A stretch of DNA of 32,000 nucleotides from Candidatus Saccharimonadota bacterium (GTDB lineage: Bacteria > Bacillota_I > Bacilli_A > Mycoplasmatales > Hepatoplasmataceae): contig AP027131.1 in NCBI GenBank assembly GCA_027925225.1, forward strand, positions 540,001 through 572,000. The letters run 5' to 3'. The notes below the pieces were generated by a model. The model had not been told where the DNA came from, made no database searches, and worked only from the letters and a program-made list of their open reading frames with translations. Made by a program: the position numbers and the translations under genes. Positions within the stretch are counted from its first letter, which is position 1. Each line of letters begins with the position of its first letter. Below, piece after piece: positions 1 to 9,526 of this stretch.

Positions 1-383
1 TCATTTTTATCTTCTTCATTTAAATAAGAATGAGTAGGAAAATTTTTTTCTATTTCAATTAAATTTTTATCAATATGTTTTAATGAAAAATCGCCTTTTG
101 TATTTATTTCTGATGAAATTAAAATTAATTTTTTATATCCTTCATAGTTTTTAGGAATTAAAATTTTATTATAATTTTTTGTTTCTACTTCAAGTCCTAT
201 TATTGCTTTAATTCCAACATTTTTTGCTTTGCTAAAAAAAATATTTGCAGAATAAAGAATATTTTTTTCAATTATAAAAGCATATTCATAATTATTTTCT
301 TTTGCAAAAGAAATAATTTTATTAATACTTAAAAAAGATGAAAAAAATGTATAAGAAGTTCGTACTCAAAAATTAGGATTCAC
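1..383 (-). CDS. dnaE: DNA polymerase III alpha subunit DnaE, N-terminal PHP-domain part (gene continues past the left edge)
   Basis: Manual table-4 translation gives MNPNFWVRTSYTFFSSFLSINKIISFAKENNYEYAFIIEKNILYSANIFFSKAKNVGIKAIIGLEV... This matches the DnaE N-terminal pattern (..S.YS.L.S..i..l..A...g..a.aiTD...myGa..F...ck..gIK.IiGLE). The GTG start at 383 is my guess and overlaps the nrnA stop. One in-frame TGA. Not in the ORF track. Confidence 0.7.
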
Positions 384-1308
384 TGTTTTTCTCTAATTCT
401 CCAATCATTTTTTTTATTTCTCTTTTATTTTTAGCTTTTGCTCCAGCAGCATTTTTATGTCCACCACCATTAAATTTATTTGCAACTTTATTTATTGGTT
501 TGCTTTTTGAACGAAGAGAAATTTTATAAAGTTTTTCATTACTATTTCAAATTGCATAAAGTGCATATTTAGTATTTTTTCCTCCAAAAATTAAATTCAC
601 CATTGAAGTAGCTTCATTAAAATTAATTTTAAATTTTTTTTCAATTCCTTTTTTTAAAACAATATAAGAAATTTCTCCTTTATTCTTATATTTAAGCATA
701 ATATATCCTGAAAATTTAATCATTTTATCATCTTTTTTGTAAATTTCTTTATAAATACTTTCTAGATTAACACCTTCTTCTAAAAGTTTATATGAATAAT
801 AAAAAGAGTCTTTTTTTGTATTTTTATAAAGAAATCTTCCTGTGTCAGTAATTATTCCTACCATCAGAAATTTTGCAATTTCTTTATTTATTTTAAGTTT
901 TTTTTCTTCAAAAATAATTTTTGCAATAACCTCGGCACAAGAGGAAGCATTTTCTTCAATTATTTCTAAATTTGCATATTTTTCAACAAAAACATGATGA
1001 TCAATTTTTAATATAAATTGACCAAATTTTCAATTATCATCAGAAATTCTATCTTTATTTGCAGTATCAACTACAATAACAAGACTATTTTTATAAATAG
1101 AATTATTAATTACATCTAATTTTGGAAAAATTGAAGATAAATATTTTGGGCATTCATCACCAACAGCATAAACTTTTTTATCTGGAAAATTAAGTTTTAT
1201 TAATTCTTTTAAAGAAAACTGAGAAGCTAGAGCATCACCATCAGGATTAACGTGTCTATGGATAATTATTGAATCGTATTTTTTAATAAAAGATAAAAAT
1301 GATTTCAT
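373..1308 (-). CDS. nrnA: DHH/DHHA1 phosphoesterase, NrnA-type oligoribonuclease/pAp phosphatase
   Basis: ORF-track fragments 1030..1308 and 547..864 plus an unlisted tail are in one frame, joined by TGA at 1030 and 547. I checked codon by codon and found no TAA/TAG. Motifs: HRHVNPDGDALAS, DHH (KIDHHVF), GIITDTGRF, C-terminal GGGHKNAAGA. Stop TAA at 373..375. Confidence 0.85.
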
Positions 1309-1334
1309 TATTTTTTTCTATAGAAATAATAATT

Positions 1335-1574
1335 TTAATTACTTTTCTTAATATCAGGACCATAAATAAATTTAAAAATTGAAAAAAGTATAAAAAGTAA
1401 AGAACTTAACTCAATTGCACATCATGCAGAAAGTTTAACAATTTGCTCAGATGATAATATGCTTGGATCGCCAGCATATTTTGCATAACTAGCAATATCA
1501 TAAATATTTCATCCAGCACATAATCCAATCCCTATAAAGAAAAAGAAAATCCCTAAATATTTTAAAAATCACAT
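1335..1574 (-). CDS. Small (79 aa) two-helix membrane protein, function unknown
   Basis: Absent from the ORF track because it has three in-frame TGA codons. Table-4 translation: MWFLKYLGIFFFFIGIGLCAGWNIYDIASYAKYAGDPSILSSEQIVKLSAWCAIELSSLLFILFSIFKFIYGPDIKKSN. Two hydrophobic segments. Good Shine-Dalgarno (AAAGGAGAT) 9 nt upstream of the ATG. Fills the gap between two minus-strand genes. Confidence 0.5.
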
Positions 1575-1655
1575 ATTTTTAATATCTCCTTTTTTTAAAA
1601 AAGTAAAAATTTTAATTAAAAAAATTATACTATTATAATTTTTTTAAAAAACATT

Positions 1656-3335
1656 CTATTCATAAATTTTATATAATTCAATAATTTTATTTGCCATTCT
1701 TAATGATTCTGAAAGATTACCTTGTATATAATTATTTTCCACCAAATCAATTAATTTATCTATTTTTTTATTTTCTCTATATTTATTTAAAATAACTATT
1801 AAATTTTCTATATATTGATAAAGGTAAGTTATTGAATTTATTTCATTATAAAATAATTTTATATTTGTATTTTCATATTTTAATGATGTATTTTCTTCGT
1901 TTGCGATTATAAAGAAATTATCTTTATATTTTTCTATAAAATCTGAAACTTTACTTTGAAATTTTTGAAATTCTTGTTCCTTAACAAATTTTATTTTCTC
2001 AGGAAGATAATTCATTTTTATTTCACTTTTTAATAATGAATTATTCATTTGATATAAAATTTTGTTTATATTATTTTTTTGTTCAATTACAAGCTTTATA
2101 TCTAAAATTATTTTATTTAATTCAGAAAAAAATTCTTTTGTTAAATCTAGAATAGTTAAAAAATCAAAGTAAATTTCTTTTGAAAAAATATTCTGATAAT
2201 CATTTTGTTTTTTTTCTAAAAAATTTTTGTAAAGATTTTCTATTTTTGAAAAAATATTATTTAAATTTTTTGCTTTTGTTTCCTTGTTTTCAAAAAAATA
2301 TTTATTTATATCACTTACTGATTTGTCATACTCTTTTTCTATTCCTTTTATTAAAAGAGAAAAATTATCTGAATTATTATTTAAAAATAAATCATAACTT
2401 TTTATTTTTTTTGACTCTAATATAATAGAAAGAATTTGTTCAATTATGTTACTAATTTTTTTATAAATTTTTTGTAATGTTTTTAAACTTACATCTTCTA
2501 CTATTATTTTATTTATAGAGACAATATCTTTTTTAATTAAATCAATATCTTTTTTTCAAGATTCTCAAATAAAATTAAAGTTTTTGTCTAAATCATTTTG
2601 AATTTTTTTTATTTCAAGATCATATTGAGGAATAATTACTTTTAAAAAATCTACTGCTCTAATATAACAAATTATTTGTACATATAATTCTTCAATTTTT
2701 TTTAAAAGCTTTTTAGATTTTTTTTCAAAAATATCTATATTTTTTTCGCTTATAACTATTTTTTCTAAAATTTCAATTTCATTTTCAATATTTGATATTT
2801 CAACATTTATATCTGTAAGAATTATTTCATTGTAATATTCTGAATTATTTATAATTGATTTCACTTCACCATAATAATTTTTTATTAAAATTAGTAAATT
2901 ATCCTTTATTTCATAATCTAAATTAATTTCATTTAACTCAAAAAGTATATTTAAGAATTTTAATTTATATTCCTCTTGTTTTTTTTCTAAATTTTTTATT
3001 ATTTTTTTAAAATTTTTATGACCAAATATACCAAAATATTTTTTATTAAGATTTTTTATTAAATCATCATATTCTCTTTGTAAAAGTTTATAAATACTTT
3101 TTTCTAAATTTTCAATATCATTTGAAAGATATTGAAAAGCAACAAACTTATCTTCTCCATATTTTTTATAAGTTAACTTGAATTTTGTTTGTAATTTTTC
3201 TAAATCAAAATTTTCAAAATCTTTTGAAAAATAATTAAAAATATTAATTTTTTTTATTCTAAAGAGATTTGTAATCATAAGGATGAATGCAAAAACAAAT
3301 ATTATAAAGATAACTACATAAATAATTCAAAGCAT
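1656..3335 (-). CDS. 559-aa N-terminally membrane-anchored coiled-coil protein; candidate EzrA-like septation-ring regulator
   Basis: Fragments 2565..3278 and 1656..2048 and the stretch between them are one frame (checked codon by codon; only TGA at 2565, 2556, 3327 and 3342 interrupt). ATG at 3335 adds the N-terminal helix MLWIIYVVIFIIFVFAFILMITNLF. The rest is K/E/I/L/N-rich and heptad-like. The C-terminal region (IVILNKYRENKKID ... YIQGNLSESLRMA) resembles the EzrA 'GNRYR' patch as I remember it. Size and topology match EzrA, and it lies divergent to rpsD with tyrS nearby, as I recall for Bacillus/Staphylococcus. Confidence 0.6.
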
Positions 3336-3374
3336 AGTAATTCAACTATATTTTATCAACTAACAACTATCTAA

Positions 3375-3382
3375 TGTATAAT
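3375..3382 (+). promoter_or_regulatory. Candidate promoter -10 element (TGTATAAT) upstream of rpsD
   Basis: TG dinucleotide abutting TATAAT at 3375..3382 in the 230-bp ezrA-like/rpsD intergenic region. It would give a leader of about 175 nt. An alternative TTGAAA-17nt-TTAAAT pair lies nearer rpsD (about 3461..3489). Confidence 0.3.
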
Positions 3383-3565
3383 ATTAATTATATGAGCAGC
3401 AATTATTTAAAATTTAATTAAAATTTAAACATTGTTTTATGAGTAAAAAGGCTGTAGTTTTGAAAATATTAATTAAATCTTGTTAAATTTGGAAATAATT
3501 TTACTTTCATATTTTAAAAAAAAACTAATAATCAATAATAGTAAAAAAAGGTAGGTGGATTTTTT

Positions 3566-4168
3566 ATGCGTTATACAGGTCCAAATAATAAGAAATCAAG
3601 AAGATATAAAATTTCAATTTTAGAAAATAACAAAGAGTTTTTAAAAGGCAAAAAAAGAATCACTGCTCCTGGAGATCATGGAGCAAGAGCACAAAAATTA
3701 TCAAATTTTGGTGAGCATCTTTATGAAAAGCAAAAACTTAGATTTATTTATGGTTTAAGTGAAAAACAATTAAAAAGAACTTTTGAAAAAGCAAAAAAAA
3801 TGAGAGGTGTTCTTGGAGAAAATTTTCTATTTCTTTTAGAATCAAGACTTGATAATATTGTTTATCGTGCTGGTCTTGCAAACACAAGAAGACAAGCAAG
3901 ACAAATTGTTAATCACGGACATATCTTAGTGAATAATAAAAAAATAGATATTCCTTCTTATCAAGTAAAAGTAGGAGACCGTTTTTCTATAAGAACAAAA
4001 CTTACAAATAATATATTTGTTTTAAATAGCTTAGAAAAAAGAAGAACAAATGATTTTGTTGTTTTTGATGAAAAAATAATGATGGGTGAATATGTAAGAT
4101 TACCAAGAAGAGATGAAATAGTTGGTCAAGTAAACGAATCTCTTGTTGTTGAATTTTATAATAAATAA
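3566..4168 (+). CDS. rpsD: 30S ribosomal protein S4
   Basis: Intact 200-aa ORF, MRYTGPNNKKSRRY..., S4 domain (LESRLDNIVYRAGLANTRRQARQIVNHGHILVNNKKIDIPSYQVKVGD). AGGTGG Shine-Dalgarno upstream. Confidence 0.97.
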   Translation: MRYTGPNNKKSRRYKISILENNKEFLKGKKRITAPGDHGARAQKLSNFGEHLYEKQKLRFIYGLSEKQLKRTFEKAKKMRGVLGENFLFLLESRLDNIVYRAGLANTRRQARQIVNHGHILVNNKKIDIPSYQVKVGDRFSIRTKLTNNIFVLNSLEKRRTNDFVVFDEKIMMGEYVRLPRRDEIVGQVNESLVVEFYNK

Positions 4169-4208
4169 TTTTTTAGTATAATTAAAAAAACACAAATTTT
4201 ATAAAAAC

Positions 4209-4475
4209 ATGAAAGTAAAAACTAACAATATTATTAAGATCGGCTCAATGATTAGTGTTGTATTTGGTTTTCTATGATGCATTACAATAATTGGGGCAAT
4301 TATAGGGATACCTGCTATAATTCTTAATCTAGATTTATATAAAGGAAATTCATCTAACTTAAAATGATCTTCAGGATTAGAAGAAATGTGAAATAAGAGA
4401 GATGTTAAATTAGCAGCAATTGTTGGATTAATTTGTTCACTTGTGGGTGGAATTTTAATTTTTATAGGACAATAA
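4209..4475 (+). CDS. Small (88 aa) two-helix membrane protein, function unknown
   Basis: Absent from the ORF track (three in-frame TGA). Table-4 translation: MKVKTNNIIKIGSMISVVFGFLWCITIIGAIIGIPAIILNLDLYKGNSSNLKWSSGLEEMWNKRDVKLAAIVGLICSLVGGILIFIGQ. Followed directly by a strong terminator hairpin. TATAAT at 4177..4182. No clear Shine-Dalgarno. Confidence 0.5.
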
Positions 4476-4486
4476 TTAATAGATTA

Positions 4487-4537
4487 ATTTAATAAAAAAA
4501 TAAGCTTTTATAATTAAAGCTTATTTTTTTATTAAAT
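4487..4537. terminator. Bidirectional intrinsic terminator (51-bp perfect palindrome) between the small membrane-protein gene (+) and tyrS (-)
   Basis: Arms 4487..4508 and 4516..4537 are exact reverse complements. The core stem is AATAAGCTTT/AAAGCTTATT with a 7-nt loop. An A-tract on one side and a T-tract on the other give a U-run in both directions. The tyrS stop codon (4521..4523) lies inside the right arm. Confidence 0.7.
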
Positions 4538-5786
4538 ATTTTCTTTTTTTACCAACATTTATTACTATATATTTTTTGTGTAAAAAATCTGTTGATTCTA
4601 TCTTTCTATTTTCATCATTTATAATATCTCCATTTATACGAATTGCATTTAAATTAATAAATTCTCTAAACTCTCTCCTAGAAAAAACCATTTTATGTTT
4701 TAATAAAAAATCCATTATCCCAATATTTTCATATTTAAAAGAAATTCCTATATATTTTTCTATTTTTAAAAAGTCATCAAAGGAAATATTTTTATAATCT
4801 TCTTCAAATAAAATTTTAGAAACATTTTTTACTTCTTCAAAAATATTTTCTCCATGAATCATAGAAAGTAATTTTTTTGCTAATTTTTCTTGAACAAGTT
4901 TTTTCTTTGGATATTTTTTAGATTCACTTATTATTTTATTAAAATCTTCTTTTTTAATAAGTGTTAATTTACATAATAAATTTTCTGCAAGAAAATCTGA
5001 AATATTTAATAAATATTGATAAAAATCAAAAGAAGAAAATCTATTTTTATCAAGTCAAATTGCATTTCCTCCCGTTTTTCCTATTTTATTATTATTTTCA
5101 TCTAAAAGCAAATTAATTGTAAGCCCAGAAACAGAAGATCTTACTCCTTTAATTTTTCTAATTAATTCTATCCCAGATGTTATATTGCCTCATTGATCAG
5201 AACCACCGATTTGGAATCTAACATTTTTTTTTTCAAATAAAGTTAAAAAATCTATTGCTTGAAATACTTGGTAAGAAAACTCGGTATAAGAAAGACCATT
5301 ATCTAATCTATTTTTTACCATATCCTTTGCAATCATTTCTTTAAGATTAAAAAGCTTGCCAAATTTTTGAAATAATTTAACAATAGACATATTTTTATAA
5401 ACATCCATGTTGTTAAAAATTTCAAAATTTTCTATTCCAATATTTTTTGCTAATAAACTTAATTGCTTTGAAATTTGTTTTACATTACTTTTTATTATTT
5501 CCTCAGATATTAAATTTCTCTCACTTTGCTTTCCAGATGGATCTCCTATTTGTCCAGTAAGACCTCCTATAACAAAAACAGGAGTCATTTTTGTAATATC
5601 ATAAATTAATTTTGAAACAACAATAAAAACATAATGTCCAATATGTAGAGAAGAAGCAGTAGGATCAACACCAACATAAAATTTTGATTTAAGCTTTATA
5701 ATTTCATTTAAACTATTGAAATTTGCCGATTCTTTGTAAAGTCCCCTTCAAGATAATTCTCTCTCTATTTTTTCTGAAAAATCCAT
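4521..5786 (-). CDS. tyrS: Tyrosine--tRNA ligase
   Basis: Fragments 5190..5588 and 4521..4862 share a frame with ATG at 5786. The N-terminus MDFSEKIERELSWRGLYKE...FYVGVDPTASSLHIGH carries the HIGH motif. GGLTGQIGDPSGK is present, and there is a C-terminal S4-like domain (REFINLNAIRINGDII). Confidence 0.95.
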
Positions 5787-5796
5787 TTTAACCACA

Positions 5797-6138
5797 TTAA
5801 TCTTTATATTTTTTAAACATTTCTTTTGAAATATTTTTTATCTCAGAAATCTGTTTTTTAGAATAAGATATCCTTTCCTCTACTGTTTCTAACTCTCAAA
5901 ATTTTTCAAGTCTTTCTTTTATTATAAGAAAGATTTTATCAATATTTATCTTAAGTTCATTTACATCTATTTCTTCTAAATTTGCTAATGCTTTATAAAT
6001 AGATTCTTGTGTTTTTGACTTCAAATTATCATAAATAGAAAAAACATTTTCTAAAGTTTTTTTAAAATCTTTTTCTTTTTCAGAACCCACTAAATAACCA
6101 AATGTAAAGGAAATAATAAGAAATGTTATTGTTTTCAT
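5797..6138 (-). CDS. YtxH-like small membrane-anchored coiled-coil protein (113 aa)
   Basis: ORF 5896..6138 continues through TGA at 5896 to TAA at 5797..5799. N-terminal helix MKTITFLIISFTFGYLVG followed by a charged helical region. It sits directly downstream of a DUF948-like gene, as in the Bacillus ytxG-ytxH pair. Confidence 0.55.
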
Positions 6139-6150
6139 AATAATAAATAA

Positions 6151-6600
6151 TTATTTTTTATCTTTCTTTGATTCATTTGTTGATGTTGTTTTTTTATTTA
6201 AATTAACAGCAGGTTTTTCTTTTGCTTTTGGCGATTGTGTTTTTTCCTTGCTTTTTTTATTTTTTTCGTTTTCTGTAATATTTTTTCTTACCTTATCTAG
6301 AAAGTTATAAATATAATTTCTATTTTCAGAAGCAAGAATAAACATTCTTTTTAAAAATTTATGAGATTTTGAATCTAGTGTTAATAAATAATTTGAAAAC
6401 TTATTTATTGCATCTACTGAAACATTAAGGGATTCAGATTTATATGTTATGTCCTCTATTAAATAATCAACTTTCTTCATCACAATATTTGATTTTCTAA
6501 CCACAATAATGAAATAAATAAGTAAAACAATAACAAAAAATATTGCTATTATACCTATTATTATCAATGCAAGAATTGCTGAATCAGTAGCACTTTCCAT
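6151..6600 (-). CDS. DUF948 (YtxG-like) membrane-anchored protein with a K/E/S-rich tail
   Basis: Intact 149-aa ORF. It has one N-terminal TM helix (AILALIIIGIIAIFFVIVLLIYFIIVV), then a helical segment (VDYLIEDITYKSESLNVSVDAINKFSNYL) typical of DUF948 as I remember the family. Confidence 0.6.
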   Translation of the reverse strand: MESATDSAILALIIIGIIAIFFVIVLLIYFIIVVRKSNIVMKKVDYLIEDITYKSESLNVSVDAINKFSNYLLTLDSKSHKFLKRMFILASENRNYIYNFLDKVRKNITENEKNKKSKEKTQSPKAKEKPAVNLNKKTTSTNESKKDKK

Positions 6601-6601
6601 T

Positions 6602-7675
6602 TTATTTTCTACCTAACTGTTTTATATCACTAATTTTACTATTATTTAAATCTTTTAATAGTGCTTTTATAAGTTTTTGAGTTTCTTCTAAATCTCTTAA
6701 ATCACAAACACTTGAAGCCGTATGAAGATTTCTTGCTAAAAATCCAATTGGAAATACAGGTTTTCCTTCACATGTAACATGCATAATTCCAGCATTTGTT
6801 CCACCAGCAGAAAAATAGTCTTGATATTTAATATTATTTTTATCAATCACTTTTTTTAAATAATGTGTAATAACTTTTGGATAAACTGTCATACCATCTT
6901 TATGCCTTAAAATTGTGCCTTTGCCAAGCGAACCATTAATATCGGCATTATAATCATTTGCTGGAGAAATATCAACAACAATACCAATATCTGGATTGTA
7001 TTTATATGTAGATACTCTTGAACCTCTAAGACCTACTTCTTCTTGTACAGAAAAACCAATCACAATATTATAATCAAAAGTATTTCTTGATACAAAATCA
7101 AGTAAATCATAAACTATATAAGTTCCAAGTCTATTATCAATTGCTTTTGAAATTAAATGATTTTTATTTATTACGGGTTTTGTTGCAAAAGTTATTACAT
7201 TTCCTATTTTAATTCCAGCTTCTTGTGCTTCTTTTTTAGATGAAAAACCAACATCAAGAAACATTTTATCTATTTGAAATTTTTGTACACGAACCAGTGA
7301 TTCATATGATGTTAAATCTAATTCGGGTGTCACAACGGTTCCAACATATCCTTTTTTTAAATTTGAAGTTCAAACTTTTAATCTTTGAAAAATTACACTC
7401 TTACTAAAAATTCCTCCTTGCGCTTCAAAACAAATAAAACCATTTTCTTCAATTTTGGTTACATTAAAACCAACTTCATCAACATGAGCGTCAATCATAA
7501 CTGTTTTTGCATTTTTATTTTCTGTTTTCTTGACAGCTCATAGAGAACCCAAATTATCTATTTCATAATTTAGTTTCAATCTTTTCATTTCTTCTTTTAA
7601 AAAAGAAATAATTTTTTCTTCTCTTCCTGAAATTGCAGGAATAGATAATAAGTTAAATAAAACTTTTTCTTCCAT
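6602..7675 (-). CDS. M42 family metallopeptidase (glutamyl-aminopeptidase / FrvX-CelM type)
   Basis: ORF 6602..7333 extends upstream through TGA codons (checked) to ATG at 7675. N-terminus MEEKVLFNLLSIPAISGREEKIISFLKEEM...MIDAHVDEVGF. Later motifs DNRLG, SVQEEVGLRG and GGTNAG. Confidence 0.85.
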
Positions 7676-7744
7676 ACTTATCAAATATAATTATAATTAT
7701 ATATTCTAGAAAATTAAATAATATAAAGAAAGGTTTAATAAGCA

Positions 7745-8638
7745 ATGGAAGAATGAGGAGTAATTTTTGATTCAAGTTGTGGACTTTCAAAAGAAAAAGT
7801 TGAAGCAGATGGTAATTTTTTTATACCACTTATTGTAAGAATAAATAATGAAGAGTTCAAGGCAGGAGATGAAATTTTTACAAAAGATTTGCATAAAAAA
7901 ATGCAAAATAGAAATGTTAAAATTCAAACAGCAGCACCTAAATTAGGAGACATAGAAGCAACATTTAATAAAGCAATTAAAAAATACAAAAAGGTTGTTT
8001 ATATAGGGATTTCTTATAATTTTTCTTCAGCACAAAATGCAGCAAGAAGTATTTATGCAAATAATGATAAATATAAAGGAAAAATATTTATTTATGATTC
8101 TGTTTATTCATCACCATGAATTTACACATTTTACGATGATATTGTAAAAATAATTAAAAATACAAAAAATTTTGAGAAAATTAAAATGAAATTAGATTTT
8201 CAAAAAGATAAAATGAATGGTTATCTTACTCCTGGTGATATTTGATGATTTTATAAAGGTGGAAGAATTACTAAAAGACAATATTTTGCTGGAAGTTTAT
8301 TGAGAGTTAAACCTATTCTTAGAGTTTCTGAAGGAAAAATTTTAGAACATGTTATAAAAATTAGATCTATTAAAAGAGTTATTGACAAAATGATGAATTT
8401 AATAGAAGAAGATAAAAATAGAGCAATAAAAGAAAAAAACGATTATAAATTTTTAATTTTTACAGAAGGAAATGAAGAAATAAGAAATTTATTAAAAGAA
8501 GCAATAATAAAAAAAAATAATGAAATTAAAATTGATGATATAGGAGAAATTGAAGTTTCAACTGAACAAACAGCACATATGGGGCCAAATTCTTTTGGTG
8601 TTACTTTAAAATTCTTTTTTCCAAAAGTTTTTTTTTAA
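7745..8638 (+). CDS. DegV family fatty-acid-binding protein (FakB-type), copy 1
   Basis: ATG at 7745 (MEEWGVIFDSSCGLSKE...). Fragments 7889..8119 and 8300..8638 are in frame, joined by TGA codons (SSPWIY, DIWWFYKGGRITKRQ). C-terminal AHMGPNSFG. Confidence 0.9.
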
Positions 8639-8650
8639 GGGGAAAATAAA

Positions 8651-9526
8651 ATGAAGAAAATTGGAATATTATTAGATTCATCATGTGGTCTAAGTAGGAA
8701 ACAAGCAAAATCTATGGGTTTTTATTTTGTACCTATTTTAATTGATTTTGATAATAAAGAATATAGATCAGGAATTGATATTAATACAAATTTTTTAATT
8801 AAAAATATGAAACCTGAAACTAGAGTTTCAACGGCCGCCATAACATTAGGAACTTTAAAAATAAGTTTTGATGAAGCACTTGAAGAAGTAGAAGAATTAA
8901 TATTTATTTCTCTTTCAAAATACCTTTCTTCCATAAACTCAACTGCAAAACAACTTGCCAAAAATTATGATGGAAGAGTGCATGTTTATAATTCTAATTT
9001 TATTACACCTTGATTGCAATCAGAAATTCCTTTTCTTAGAGAAGCAATAAAAAAACAATTAACAGTAAAAGAAATATTTTCTGAATTAGATAAACATAAA
9101 AATGGTATGTTAGCATTTCTTTCACCAAGCTCACTTACTTTTCTTTATAAAGGTGGAAGAATTACTAAAAAACAATATATAGCAGGAAATCTTTTAAAAA
9201 TTAAACCAATTATTGTTGTTAAAGATGGTCAAATAAATAGTGAAGATGTAATAAAAACAAGAACATCTGGAAAAGCTTATAATAAAATGATTAATTTAAT
9301 TCTTGAAAAAAAGAAAGAATTAGAAGAAAACAATTTTATTGTTGATTTAGTTTCATTAACAATGGACAAAAAAGCAAATATTGAATTATTTAAAAATAAA
9401 TTAGAAGAAAATAACATAAAGAAAATTGCAGATTCTTTTCTTGCTCCAGAAATAATTGCACATGTTGGTCCAAATGCAATGGGAATAGGAATTATAATAA
9501 AAGAAAAAAATAAAAGTACTAAATAG
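8651..9526 (+). CDS. DegV family fatty-acid-binding protein (FakB-type), copy 2
   Basis: Fragments 8651..9013 and 9014..9526 are joined by TGA at 9011..9013. MKKIGILLDSSCGLS..., LYKGGRITKKQY, AHVGPNAMG. Paralogous to copy 1. Confidence 0.9.

Noticed and set aside
2180-2425. 81-aa plus-strand ORF (TTG start) with a Leu/Phe-rich product
   Set aside because: It lies inside and antisense to the continuous 559-codon EzrA-like frame. It exists only because the standard-code track left that stretch unassigned.
3440-3487. 15-codon upstream ORF (MSKKAVVLKILIKSC) in the rpsD leader region
   Set aside because: It has no Shine-Dalgarno. Such short ORFs are expected by chance in this composition, and I cannot assess conservation from one sequence.
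4576-4797. Other short antisense ORFs in the track (4576..4797, 5407..5604, 8722..8961, 9894..10142, 11228..11470, 11910..12104, 15935..16126, 17525..17722, 21927..22124, 24123..24308, 26440..26646)
   Set aside because: Each is fully contained in, and antisense to, a well-supported conserved gene (tyrS, degV, acpP, the hypothetical 386-aa gene, proS, infB, polC, rseP, frr/pyrH). Products are low-complexity, and there is no independent support.
5787-5796. Expected T-box leaders upstream of tyrS and proS, as in many Firmicutes
   Set aside because: Only 10 nt separate tyrS from the upstream gene. Only 87 nt (13096..13182), mostly the palindrome, precede proS. That is too short for a T-box, and I saw no T-box consensus sequence.
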